Part shown: piece by piece, positions 1 through 12,542 of the stretch
Numbering within the stretch: the stretch's first letter is position 1
How the letters are laid out: every line of letters begins with the position of its first letter
Assembly (NCBI GenBank): GCA_000388065.2
Contig: KB932204.1
Length of the DNA: 61,602 nucleotides
Strand: one strand, 5' to 3'
DNA from: Fonticula alba ATCC 38817
Taxonomy: Eukaryota > Protista > Nucleariida
The notes under the pieces: generated by a model
Seen by the model: the letters and a program-made list of their open reading frames with translations, nothing else
Told to the model about the DNA's origin: nothing
The model's database searches: none
Made by a program: the position numbers and the translations under genes

Positions 1-536
1 CCCCCCCCGGCTACACGGTCGGCGGCCTGACAAAACCAAAGATGGCCGGGCCCCATTCTGTGGACATGTGATGAATGCGTGTGGTGCGGGGGAATCACGC
101 GAGTCTGTCTCGCACGGCCTCCAATCGTCGGAAAATGATCTACCGCCGTGCAGCCCGGCCGGCCGAACGGCCCTGCCGCCCCTTGGCAGCTCCCGCCCCG
201 CTGGCGTTGGCAGCGAGAGAGAGAGCCAGAGAGAGAAAGGCAGAGAGAGCAGGAAAGACGCACGACCGCCGTTTTCGGCAGCCTGCGTGTTCCCCCCGCA
301 AATAAAACCCCGACAGCTCCCCTCTCCCCCCCGTCCCTTCCTCCCTTCCCCCCTTTCTCCCTCCGCCGCACGCCCATCTCCTCGCTACCTCTTCCTTGGG
401 CTCCTTTTGCTATTGTCAGCGCCCTTGCCCCGTCGCACCCGGAGGATCGCCCCTTCCTCGGCATCTTTCTCCCAGCTCCCTTCTTGATCTCGGCCTTCTG
501 AACGCGTGCGCCAGTCACGATCGCCTCTGTCCTACG

Positions 537-3104
537 ATGAACTCCCTCGTCAGGTCCGTGATGCCCCCTCTCTCCCCCTCCCCCCCCCCCCCCCCCGCCC
601 CTCCCCCCTCTTCTCCACAGCTTGCCCCCGGAAGCCCTGCTCGCAGGTGCCCTTTTCGCCTTCCTGACAGGCCCCCTCTCCCCATTTGCCCGTAGCATCC
701 TCGCGGCCAACAAGCCCAAGTCTCTGCTCGGCGATGAGTATGACGACGTGACCTCCAGCTCGGATTCCGACTCCGACAATGAGACTCAGCTTGCCCAATC
801 CAGCACCGGTGCTACGGCACTGGTGCCCCATGCGGCGGGGGCCCGCGCGTCCGGCGGCCCGGCCAAGGGCAACGAGCTGACCGCCATCGATGAGCAAGGG
901 CGTCGTGACTACGGAGCTCTGGTTCGCGGGTCACAGGTACATCCCCATCCCATCCCTCCCCTTGGCTGGCACCCCATGCACCCACATACATCTCCCGCCG
1001 CGCCTGCCTGGCCTGGCCCCCCGGACATGTGGCCTCCGCCTGACCCGCCCCCCCCCCTCCCCCTTCTCCGTGCCTGCCACTCCCCGACACAGAACAATGT
1101 CCATCGCTATCAGGACCTCCTGCCGAAGGACATCGACCCGTCGGACCCGTCCTTCAACCGGCCCGACGAGGAAACCGAGCAGAGCACCATCGAGGCCACC
1201 CGCGAGGCCCTCAACAAGCAGCTGGCCAATCGCATGAAGGCCGCCAACCCCACGCGCAACATCCTCAAGGAGACCTCGGCCCCGACGATGATCCACTACA
1301 CCCCCCAGAACGAAACCAAAGAGCGCGTCGTCATGATGATCCAGCGCAAGCAGGACCCCCTCGAGCCGCCGAAGTTCCGCGCGCGCAAGCTCCCGGTCGG
1401 TGCGTTGGACCTCCCCTGGTCCTGACTCCCCTCTGTGTCCTCCCATCCCTCTCCCCATTGCCGCCCCACCGCACCCCGCCCCGTCCGTCAGTGCACTGAT
1501 CCGGCCCTGTCCCTCTCCTCCGCCCTGTGAAGGCCCTTCGGAGCCGACGGCCCCGGTCATGCGGTCCCCCCCGCGTGCCCTTTCCGCCAAGGAGCAGGCC
1601 GCCTGGTATATCCCCCCCTCGATTTCCAATTACAAGAACGCCAAGGGACATGTGGTCCCACTTGACAAGCGCGTGGCCGCCGATGGAAAGGCCCTGCAGG
1701 AGGTGCGCACTGGCCGCCCATGGGCCCACTTTCCAGCCACATCTGCCCCTCCGGCATCCGGCCAACCGCCCCGATCGCATGCGCTTCCCTGCCCCGGTCT
1801 CCTCTCACCCTCCTCCCCCCCCCCCCCCCCCCCCCCCCCCGCCCTCCCCAATCGGGGCCCCTCCTTCACAGACCACCNNNNNNNNNNNNNNNNNNNNNNN
1901 NNNNNNNNNNNNNNNNNNNNNNNNNNNNNNNNNNNNNNNNNNNNNNNNNNNNNNNNNNNNNNNNNNNNNNNNNNNNNNNNNNNNNNNNNNNNNNNNNNNN
2001 NNNNNNNNNNNNNNNNNNNNNNNNNNNNNNNNNNNNNNNNNNNNNNNNNNNNNNNNNNNNNNNNNNNNNNNNNNNNNNNNNNNNNNNNNNNNNNNNNNNN
2101 NNNNNNNNNNNNNNNNNNNNNNNNNNNNNNNNNNNNNNNNNNNNNNNNNNNNNNNNNNNNNNNNNNNNNNNNNNNNNNNNNNNNNNNNNNNNNNNNNNNN
2201 NNNNNNNNNNNNNNNNNNNNNNNNNNNNNNNNNNNNNNNNNNNNNNNNNNNNNNNNNNNNNNNNNNNNGGGGGGGGGGGGGCGGCCAAGAAGACCGGCCA
2301 AAACACACATGTCACTGACCCCTCCGACTGAATCCCCCGACTGACCCCTCCGGCTGACGCCCCAGTCTCGCCGAGACCACTCGCGCTATGACCGAGGAGG
2401 AGCGCCAGCGCGACGCCGCCCGCCGCGACCTGGCATACGACGTCCGCCGGGAGATGCGCATGTCGGCCACCGGGCGCACGCGCGAGCGCGACACCTCCGA
2501 AGACGTGGCCCTTGGCCAGGCCCGGCCGACCGGTCGCACGGATGGCGACATGCTGGTCGACCAGCGGGTCTATGCTCGGGCCCAGGCCCTCGATGGGGCC
2601 GGCAGTGGTCGTTGGAATGACGAGGACGCCTACAATGTCTACACCGATCCCCTTTACTCGACCGCCAGCCGCGGGGTGTATGTCCCGACTGACGATGGCA
2701 GCGGGGCCGGCGCCCGGCGCGGCCCGGTGGAGTTCGAGCGTGACACCGCCCCGCACATGCCCACCACCGAGGCGGATGACACCGGCCGGCCGGCCCGTGG
2801 CGGCCCCGGCACCGGTGCCCCGGCGGACGATGACCGGTCGCACTATCGCGATGATCGGCGCGACTTCCGCGACCGGAGCCCCGGTCGTGACCACGACCGT
2901 GACCGGCGCATGCCCCCCCCCTCCCGCGGCGGACGCCATGACGATGAGGATGACGATGTCTTCGGTGTGGATGCCCTCATGGACTCGGCCCGGCATTCGC
3001 GCTCGGCCCGCCGGCCGCGCGAGGACAGCCGGGAACGCGGCTACGACCGGTCGTCGCGCGACCGGGACCGCGAGCGCGACCGCGACTACGATCGTCGCCG
3101 TTGA
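537..3104 (+). CDS. SNW1: SNW domain splicing factor SKIP/SNW1/Prp45 (multi-exon; one exon runs into the assembly gap)
   Basis: Exons 537-553, 696-936, 1093-1399, 1533-1702, 1872-(gap 1878-2268), 2366-3104. The translation has QDPLEPPKFR..GPSEPTAPVMRSPPRALSAKEQAAWYIPPSISNYKNAKGHVVPLDKRVAADG (SNW domain) and RDTSEDVALG..DQRVY..DAYNVY (SKIP C-terminus). Splice phases are consistent. The first acceptor (695 vs 620) is the less certain junction. Confidence 0.93.
1878..2268. other. Assembly gap hiding most of an SNW1 exon
   Basis: 391 N. A CAG acceptor at 1869-1871 and ACC ACC codons lead into it. Other gaps: 5444-5669, 7364-7440, 12181-12346, 14792-14862, 19725-19966, 44435-44499, 46288-46297, 53068-53094, 58119-58159. 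Confidence 0.99.
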
Positions 3105-3297
3105 GGGCGCAAGGCGGAGAAGATGCACCACCCATGCTGAAGTGGGCATGTGCCTGCTTCGCCAGCATCGCTTCTCCCTGCCGCCGCTCTCCCCTCCCCT
3201 TGCCCCAAGCGGGGTGCCTTCCTTTGTTGCCCTTGTTCTTTCCCTCTCCCTCTCTTCCTCTTTGACGTGTGCAGCCTCCCCTTGCATATTTGCCATC

Positions 3298-3303
3298 AAT
3301 AAA
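3298..3303 (+). terminator. Putative AATAAA polyadenylation signal of SNW1
   Basis: AATAAA about 195 nt after the SNW1 stop codon in an otherwise GC-rich region. Confidence 0.5.
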
Positions 3304-4267
3304 CGTTCGCAAAACCTCCGGCCCCCGGCCCCTGCTCTACCGGCTAACAAGGGCACCCGCCCGCCTCTCTCTCTTGCTTTCGCTCCTTCCTCCTTGGGCT
3401 TCTTTCCCCATCTCCGACCCCCTGCCCCCTGGCATCCGGCGGTGCGCCCTGATGGTGCGCCGCCCGCATGAATTCAACAGCCTAAGGAGGTGATATAATC
3501 TATTTTATGCAGGCAATGGCGATGCTCCCATCTTGCCGGGAGGTCACCCACACCGCCCCCGGGCCCTAGGGCATGACATGCCACCAGGGGCGGGCACCCC
3601 TTCAATAGGCCCCCCCTCTCCGGTGGGGGAGGAGAGGGTCCCTTCACGCGTTCCCCCCGGGGCCGGGCGTCTGTGCGTCTTACTGTCCAAGAGCCGGGGG
3701 GGGATGCATCCAATGAACCCAGGGAGCGGGGGAAGGCGCGAAGGGCGATGTGTGCCGGCCTACTGGACCGCCATGTGCTCGATGCCCTCCTGCCTCGGCG
3801 CGATCCCCCCCTGCGCTCTTGGCTCGCCTCCGACGAAACACAATTCCCCCGCCCCAAAGTCAGGGGCAGGGGGGGGGGGGACGAGCGGAGGAAGATCTAT
3901 CGGCAGGCATCTCCCTCCTTCCCATTGTTCATCTACGTCACTCTTGCCTCGCCTCCCACGCCGCCATCCGAGGATGTCTATGGGCGGGGACCGCCCAATC
4001 TCGCGCAAGGCCGAGGCAAGCACATGGCGAGGGGTGCGAGCACAGCGAGTGCACACCGCGCAGGCGAGGCTCGTCGAGGTGATACCCCGGGGGCCGGGGC
4101 GAAGTGATAGCCTCCCCTCGCCAGCGAGGGGAGGGGGGGGGGGGGGAGCAGGCGGCGCGTGGCTTGAAAGGGTTGCTTCAGGGGAAAGGGCAGACGATTT
4201 GCCCATCTCCATGCCTCGGCTGCTGCCCGCTCACCCTTGTAAGCCTGCCCGCTCGCCCTCGATCAAG

Positions 4268-5355
4268 TCAGACCATGGAGTCCACTTGGTCATCCCACTG
4301 GCCCTTGATGGACTGGGTGTCCTCCAGTGAGCCGGAGTAATGGGTGTCCAGGGCTCCACCGCCATCGTCAAGACTCCCGACGTCGCTGCACTCGCTGCTA
4401 TCGTCGTAGTGAGAGGGGGGCCCGCCTCCTGGGAGCAGGCCGGCGCCGCCGCTGGCGCCCTGGCCCGGGGCGGCCCCACCACCCGGCGGCAGGTCGAAAT
4501 ACCCCCCGGACAGCACCCGGCCGAACTTCGGGAAGTCATTGATGGTCGGCGAGGCGGTGAAACTAAAGGCCGGCGAGGCCAGCGGCCCGGGCGCCCCCTG
4601 CGCATCGACCGGCGACGGGGCCGTGCTGCTCCCATTGCCGGACGGGGTGCGCGAGTGGGCAAACATCGGCAAGAAGTCCATGGCCGAGGCCTTGTACATG
4701 CCGTGGCCCACCGGGGTCAGGGCGGCCGAGCCCTCCGGGCCGGCGTGCATCGGGCTGGCGGCAAGGCTCCCGCCAGGGGACGGGCCGGTGGACCCGCCGG
4801 CATTGCCACCGGGGGTGGTCGGCGATCCGGCCATATACCGGCTGAGGACCTCGCGCGACATGGCCGCAATCACTCGGGCCGAGTCTCGCTGCAGCCGGCG
4901 TGCCTGCCGTGTCGGGTGCTTCGGCCAGTCCTCATTCTCACGGTCGATGAACTCCTCCGACAGGCCTTGCTCCCGGAACATGGAGTCTGCCACAGCTGGA
5001 CCGACAACGCGGCGGCGCTGCCGGCGCTCGCACCGGCACAATAGCGCCCGGTCGCCGCCGCTCAAGAAGAGCCCCTCGCCACCGGACCCCAACGGGGACG
5101 TTGCACTGGCCGAGGAGGGTGATTCTGCCGAGCGCACATGGCCGGCTCCTCCGGCAAGGTCGCTGGACTCCATGTACTCCGGGAGCAGGGTCTCCAGCGG
5201 CACCAGCAGGATGTTGGGCACCAGGAGGTCCTTGCGCGGGGGGAACTGCCATGGTCAAGGTCGGCAAAGGGGGGCCAGGTTAGCGAGATGCCACCGCGCA
5301 GCAACAAAGAAGGCACGGCTCCCTCCCCATGCCCGGCGATCCGGCCCACCGGCAT

Positions 5356-5405
<50 letters not shown>

Positions 5406-7349
5406 ATACACACATACAAGACCGATGGGATTTCCCCAGCCCCNNNNNNNNNNNNNNNNNNNNNNNNNNNNNNNNNNNNNNNNNNNNNNNNNNNNNNNNN
5501 NNNNNNNNNNNNNNNNNNNNNNNNNNNNNNNNNNNNNNNNNNNNNNNNNNNNNNNNNNNNNNNNNNNNNNNNNNNNNNNNNNNNNNNNNNNNNNNNNNNN
5601 NNNNNNNNNNNNNNNNNNNNNNNNNNNNNNNNNNNNNNNNNNNNNNNNNNNNNNNNNNNNNNNNNNNNNCCTGTCAATGGTCGGCGCACCTTCCGCACAG
5701 CCCCAACACAGGCCACCCCATGCAGCCACTGCTCCAGGACGCCGAGAACACCGTGGACCTTGGCCGAATGGGCCAGTCGCCGGGCCTTTGCCACCTTCAT
5801 GGCCTTCGATTGGGCGGTGCGCGGGCTGGGGGCCGTCATCATGTTGCCACCGGCCGACCGGGCCCCCGGATGGGACTCCCCGCCGGTGGGCCACCATACC
5901 AGCCGGTGGAAGGACTGCAAAATCGACACGGCGTTCGTCAGGCCCAGCAGGCCGTACGCCAGCCGGTCGAGGTCGCGCACGACATTGATGTCGGCCTCGA
6001 GCGAGGCCGAGCCGGTCCGCCGCCGGCTGCCCCGAGTCGACACGATGGACTCCGTCTCGACCAGGTCGCCCGACTCATCGGTGGTGGTCAGGTCGGCCAG
6101 CTGATCGGCCGAGGGGCCGCCACTTGCCCCGGAGCCATGGGGCGGGGTTCCGCCCTCGCCCTCGCGAGCCTGCTGCCGACGGGTGCTCGCCCGCAGGATG
6201 AGCTCCTGCTCCAGCCGGCCATACGTGGCCACGAGGGCTTCGGCCAATTTCCGGCGCACGATATCCAGGTTGCCCTGCAACCGCGCGCCAGAGCCACCGA
6301 CCAGGCGCATTTGGCCCGGGAGGCAACCGGCCGGCACGCGAGGCAGCCCGAGACCCGACATGGCGGACAGTCAGCGGAGGAAGAAAGAGCCGAAAGGGAA
6401 ACCGCACCAAGTGCCCAGTGCCCGGGGAGGTGCCCCCCCCCCCCCCCTCTCCGAAACCACGGCCCACCACCTCCCTGACCCGGGCGCAAGGCCCCCCCCC
6501 AGGGGGAGATCGCACCAAGTCGGGCGGGCGCTCCCCGCCGGCCGGGACCGCCTCGCCGGCCGTGGCGGCTGCCGCCACGCGGACCCCATGAACATGCCGG
6601 GCCAGCACCACAGCCACATTGCGGAAGACATTGCGCAGCTGGATCAGCTCCGGGTCGAGGATTTGCTCCGAGGCCTCGCCCCCGGCCGAGGCGATCATGC
6701 ACTGGCCGGACGCCGGAGACCGGTTGCCCCCGGTATTCGGGCTAGGCTGGAAGGGCAGCGAGTTGGTCGAGTACGATCCGAAGCCATTCACATAGGCCGG
6801 CATGCCGGAGGACCCGCCGCCCCCGGCCCCGGGCGAGGACACCCGATCCCGGTCCGGACCCTCGGCCGCCAGCTCCAGGGCCGCCATGCCGTCGATCAGC
6901 TGGGCAGCAGTTCGGTCCTTCCCCGCGATGGCGGACACCGAGGAGGCCGACCGCGTGCCATTGGACGCGGCCCCCCCGGCCCGGGGCATCTCCCGGCCGA
7001 CGTTCGGGGAGGAAGCCACCGGCGATGCGGACACCGACGCTGTCCGGCTACGCGGGGCGGTCGCCGCGTCCTCTCGGCCAGAGGCCCGTTGTTCGTTGCG
7101 CCGGCGCTCGAGGATTCGCGCGCTCGGCGAGGCACGGCTCGCTCCAGCCGAAGGACTATCCATGGCCGGCGAGGCATGACCCAGCGAGGGTGGCAGCGTG
7201 GCACCGGTGGTGGCCGGGGCCGGGGCCGACGGCGCCGAGGGTGCCCGAGACAGAGCCCGAGCCGCAGACGGCGCCAGCACCGCGGCCGGGGCCGCCGCGC
7301 CCGGGGTGTCCCTTCCTCGGGGGGAGCTGTGAGCACGAGACAAGGACAT
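4268..7349 (-). CDS. Hypothetical orphan protein, about 798 aa, Ser/Ala/Gly-rich with helical islands
   Basis: Exons 7349-6516, 6274-5690 and 5245-4268 join in phase 0 through GTGCGA..CAG and GTGCGC..CAG introns with C-rich tracts and branch-like CTGAC/TTGAC. No family recognised. Additional exons may lie upstream or in gaps 5444-5669 and 7364-7440. Confidence 0.65.
5357..5417. repeat. (CA)n microsatellite in an intron of the orphan gene
   Basis: About 22 perfect CA units followed by TACA/CACA variants. Confidence 0.95.
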
Positions 7350-9709
7350 CCTCACGCTGGCGGNNNNNNNNNNNNNNNNNNNNNNNNNNNNNNNNNNNNN
7401 NNNNNNNNNNNNNNNNNNNNNNNNNNNNNNNNNNNNNNNNGGGGGGCACACCAGTAGTGCAGGACGGCAGCAACAAACGCCATTCGGAGAAGCATATGCC
7501 AGAACAGCCTGTGAGTGCCAGAGCAACGGGGGAGGCGGGAGAAAGCAACAGAGAGACAAGGAGAAAGAAAAAGAGGGCCACAGACTCCCGCATAATCGCC
7601 TGCCGCCGTCTGTGAGAAGAAGCATGGGGTACGGCGCAGATGTGAACATACACAGGACAGTGAAAAGTTTCTCCAAGGCCAAGAACTGGGCGATGCAAGG
7701 TCACTTGGCGGCGAGGGGGGGGGGGGGGGAGGGGAGAGCTGGACGAAATGCAGAGAGCCCGCACGATGGGCGGCCCGAAAAAAGAGGGGCGAGCGGGGGG
7801 CGGGGCGAGGGGCCCGACGGCAAGAGGCAAATGCGCGGAGGGGCGAGGAAGGGCGCGAAGACCGGCTGGGTGACTCCACGAAGACACCAGGGTCAATGGA
7901 GGGCGGGAGACAGAGGGGGCGCGGAGGGAGGGGGAGGAGAGGGAGGCGGAATGGCCAGAAGGAGGGCCATCCCTCCAGGGGTGTCCTACCTGGCTGTTCA
8001 TCAATCTGCTGCCAGTACTGCCAGCTGGAGGGACCCCGACGGGGCAACTGTGCCATGATCGCCATCCATCGGAGCTGGGGCTTTTCCCCAGGGGAAGATA
8101 TCGCCCACGGAGAAAGTAGGACCTCGGCGGTGTTGCCACGCGCGGGCCGGCCGAGGAGGAGGCAGAGACACCCGCCCCGTCGCCACCACGCCTCGAAGAG
8201 CCCGGGCTCAAAGAGGCAATCGCCCACTCGCTGGAGGCCTCGCAGGGCCTAATAGCCCACAGTGGCCAGCCTGGCGCACTGCAGCTGGCGTCGGCTGCCC
8301 GGGAATCCCAGCGAAGGCGGGTGTATAAATTCACACACAGACACACACGCACGCACAGACCGATTCATGTGCGCGCACACACACACGCACGCACATGGCA
8401 TGGTGCCCGAGGGACACAGAGCGAGGCAGAGAGGGAGAGAGAAGCAAAGAGAGAAGCAAAGAGAGAAAGAGAGCAATTGGATGCAGGGGAGCCGGTGCCG
8501 ATCAGGGCGCCTGCCGACAATGATGACGTATGGCGGGACGGGGGGTATTGGCGGCCAGGTCGCCGGGGAGTAACTCGTGCGTGGGCGGGCTCGGCGGGTG
8601 AGGGGCTCGCCCCCTCCCAGCCCGGAAGCATAGCTCATGCGCAACATGCGCTGCCCGGCAATTACACCCACGCGTTCTCCGAACCTCATGCCAAAAGGAT
8701 GCCCCCGGGGGCGTGCGTGCGTGCGTGCGTGCATGCGCGCGTACGTGCATGTGTGTGTCTCTGCGGGGGAGAGGGGGGGGGGGCAGCAGGGGCAGGGGCC
8801 GAGGCCAGCGTGGAGAAGCCCCGCAGGGTCGTCTGCCATTGGGGTTGTCCCGTCCTTCGGCGAGAGCGCCGCCAGTCCCCGCGGGAGGCCGAGGCCCACT
8901 GGCCCAACGCCAAAGGGGGCCCACAATCAACAGGGCAACTACCATGCAGCTGCCGGGCCGGTCCGTTCCACTTGTCTGACTCCGGCGCAGGAGGCGGAGC
9001 TGCTCTTTGGCGCAATGGGGGCCCCTCGTCACCAGACTGCCAGATCAACACTTCCTGCTGCCCTTTTCATCGTGCATTTCATGCGACCGGAAGGGAAAGG
9101 TTGAGCCCTCCCAGCTCGGTGGCACACTATGACCCAGGCCCCGGCCTCACAGGGGGGGAGGGGGGGGGGGGGGGGCAGGCCAGCGCCCCAGCGCCAGGAG
9201 CAAGCAAGCTGGCCCCAGCAGATAGCCGGGGCCGGCCTCCGCGGCGAGGGGTTCCATCGGCCTGCGCCGGCCCCTCGTCGCCATCCTATTCGCCCGGTAT
9301 CGCGCCGAGCCATGGCGTGCCAGAGGAGTCCCCGCCGGACTCCAGCCACCCGCCATCTGTTCCTATTTGCACGTGTGGATATGGGCCGATAAATTCCATG
9401 ACAAGTCAGTCCGCCCGCAGGCAGGGAGCGGGGGCGCGGCACCGGGGCGGATGAGGGGCGAGTACAGCCACGAGGCCCCCATGCTCACGGCGCTACGGCC
9501 CGGCCCGGGTCATTAACCACCCAGTGCGTGGGGCCCGCCAATGTCCGCGGGGGTCGACTCCCCTGGTGATTGTGGGGGTGCAAGAGGAGCACCACCCAAA
9601 TATGCGCGCCCTTGGGCGAGAGGCGGCGGGCGGGGGCCAGCCTAGCCGGGGTCGGCCCAGCCGAGGTCCACCCATCACCCCGCCTAGCACCATGGGGGTG
9701 CGGGGCTGC

Positions 9710-9741
9710 GGGGCGAGGGGCGAGGGGCGAGGGGCGAGGGG
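9710..9741 (+). repeat. (GGGGCGA)4GGGG tandem repeat with G-quadruplex potential
   Basis: Five G4 runs separated by identical CGA loops. Confidence 0.8.
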
Positions 9742-10928
9742 AATGGCCCGGCGAGGGAGGAAGAGCAAGCTGGGACTATCTGTAGGAGGCCCGGAAACCA
9801 GCGCCCAATTTGGCTTCCACGATTCGATGCCTCGGGCGGCGCCACCATGGGGGCCGACTGCGCCGGTGGAAGTCCGAGCATCTGCATGGTTGTCGGGGGG
9901 GCCTGGGGCAATCCCCCCATGTGAGGGGATTTGCCAGGCCATATCTCCCACGAGGTGTTTTACATCGAGGACCATGGGACGGGGAGAAGGAGAAACAGCC
10001 ACCTCCAGGGCGGGGTGAGAGGGCGAGAGGGAGACCGAGCGAGAGGGAGGCAAGAAGTGGTCCATAATTGTACAATCTTCCCAAGGGGGGAACCTCCGAA
10101 AACAGGGTGAACCATGAGCCTACTTCGTCGCTGAGCGAAACCCCCCAGTCCGCCGCTTGTGTCGACATGTGAGGCCCCCCCCCCCTCTCCCCCATCGCCC
10201 CGCCCAAAGCTCATCTTTCTCGGCCCCTTCTGTCGCGGTTGAACACCTCCCAGTGGGTGGCAAGCGACCGGCCTCACGCTGGATGAGCATTACAAATGCA
10301 TGGGATGCTCAGCACCTGACGACTGGCGAATGGGCGCCTGCCCTTCTTCGGGGGGCCGCCGCCGGTCTCGACGACAGTGGGCATCATCCCCCGGGGGGGG
10401 GGGGGGGGGGGGGGCAAGCACCTGAGTGCTCGACAAAGGCAATGGCCAAGGACGCTTGGGGTACCCCTTTCGTCGCACGCCCAGTCCGGGCCCTCTGCCC
10501 TCCCGCCCCGATTTAAGACCGGCCCCGAGGGGACCACCGGGGCGAACCGGCGCCCGAGGGGCCGGAGGGGACTTGCTGGAGCCAGGAGCAGCGACAACAT
10601 GGCGCCGACTGGAAACAGCCCCGCTTTCTCCCCCCCCCCCACCCCACCCCCAGGGGACCGGGTCACACGCCCCCTCCCTTCCCCCCTCCGCAGCAAGACA
10701 ATGGAGCCGCAGGAGATCGACCGAGGCCCCGGCATGCACGGGGACCAAGCGCAGGAAATAGATACACAACAAGGCCACGCTCCCCGCAGGTGCCCGGGCA
10801 CCGTGGCCGCCGAACGTTCGTGCGGCTTCCCGCCATCGACCGGCTACTCCCGTCACAGGCTGGTGTGACAGGGGCCTGGTAGAAGACACGGGCCCAGGCC
10901 TCTGCACAGGAACCCACACAGACACGCG

Positions 10929-10978
10929 CCGACATGCACGCACACGCACCGACATGCACGCACACGCACCGACATGCC
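10929..10978. repeat. 20-bp minisatellite (CCGACATGCACGCACACGCA) x2.5 next to a CA-rich tract
   Basis: Direct head-to-tail repeats with no spacers. Confidence 0.85.
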
Positions 10979-12536
10979 CGCACACTCTCACACACAGATA
11001 CACGCACACACACACACACACACACGCGCGCGCGCCCACACATACTCATGTTCCAAGACCGTGAGAGGAACGCCTCGGGCCACTCACCTCGAGAATTTGT
11101 GCCTCGCTTCCATGGCCCGAGACAGTACCGGCAACTAAAATAACAACCCCCACGGCGGAAGGGCGACTGGTGAGCCTGACGGCCGGGGGACCGGGCAGCC
11201 GGCACTCGGATCGCCGCGGCCGCGGGACAGCAAACGACCGCTCGCAAACGACCGCCCCGCCCTCGTCTGCCACCCCTTTGCCCTGATGCCGCCACAGGCC
11301 AGGCAAGGGCGGTTGGCAAATGGCAGCAAGGGACGCGCGGGAGCTCGGGAGGAGTCGGGCGAAAATAGCACCCCAGAAGATGGCCAGTCATTGTGGGGTT
11401 GGATGGACGCCATTTAATTGGCCCGAGAGGGTCATGTGCCTTTGTGGTGATGTGATTGCTGTCGCATAATGACGTTTTGTTAATTTGAACCGCTCGACCC
11501 CCTCGCGCGAGGATACTCCCTCTTGGTGCCGTAAACCGAAAGCGCGATTCTACAGTAGTAGCTTTCAAGATGAGCGAACGGACCATCCGAGGGCTCTCCC
11601 ATGTCGGCTGCGCGGCGAGGTGAACACAACACAAAACGAATGTCCTACACGACACGATTCACGAGCACACATCGAAGAAGCCCACCTCCGCTGGTATGTC
11701 CCCGCGTTTGCAGTTCCAGGACATAGACCCCGAACGTGGCCCCTCCCCGCCCTCTCGCCCGCTTTTCCATTGTCCTCGCTCGGAGGATGGCGATGAACAT
11801 CTCGCTGGCAAGCTCTCCCGCCTTGAAGGGGGTGATCAGCCCGCTCCCTTGGCCCGGTCGGTGTCTTCCGGCGGCGGGGGGGGGGGGGGGGGGGGCATCC
11901 ACGTTGCGGGCAGGCCGCCCCAAACGTCTGCAGCTCGACAAGCCTGTCCATTTCTCTCCGGAGGCGGAGGCGTGTCATCCCCCGATGAACACCAAGCCGT
12001 TTGAACATCCCCCTCCCGGAGGCTCTCCGTAGGCAACACGGCTGGGGCGCTCTGCCCGTGTGACACCCTGCTTGGGATGCTCGCAGGCAGGGGGGGGGGG
12101 AGTCCACGAGCATCGGCGTAGGCAAACAGGCGGTAGGGCCCCGGGGCAGGGCCCCCCCCCCCCCCCCGAACGGCCTCTGCNNNNNNNNNNNNNNNNNNNN
12201 NNNNNNNNNNNNNNNNNNNNNNNNNNNNNNNNNNNNNNNNNNNNNNNNNNNNNNNNNNNNNNNNNNNNNNNNNNNNNNNNNNNNNNNNNNNNNNNNNNNN
12301 NNNNNNNNNNNNNNNNNNNNNNNNNNNNNNNNNNNNNNNNNNNNNNCACGGGGAGAAGACGGGCACGCCCCCAGTCCCGGCGCGCCCGGCCGCGAGCCGC
12401 GGGGAGAACCAACCAGCGAGGGGAAAATACCCACCATCTTCAGCGTGTCCCCCGCCTCTCTCCTCCCACCACAATGCTAGGCACACAACCAGGGCCAGCC
12501 TGGACGGACACGCGCACATGTAATAGAACAAGGTCA

Positions 12537-12542
12537 TTTATT
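12537..12542 (-). terminator. Putative AATAAA polyadenylation signal of PDI
   Basis: TTTATT on the + strand, about 430 nt downstream of the PDI stop on the - strand. Confidence 0.5.

Noticed and set aside
621-695. ORF-track N-terminus MPPEALLAGALFAFLTG for SNW1
   Set aside because: The segment is pyrimidine-rich and contains a CTGAC branch motif followed by a TAG acceptor at 693-695, so I treated it as intron. The in-frame acceptor at 620 cannot be excluded.
10929-10978. 20-bp direct repeats as a possible CRISPR-like array
   Set aside because: The repeats have no spacers, there are only 2.5 units, the context is eukaryotic and no cas genes are present. This is a minisatellite.
7156-12537. 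Many 60-400 aa ORFs in the large intergenic region
   Set aside because: They are dominated by poly-Pro/Gly, CV/HT microsatellite translations and X from gaps, and lack the codon bias of the real exons.
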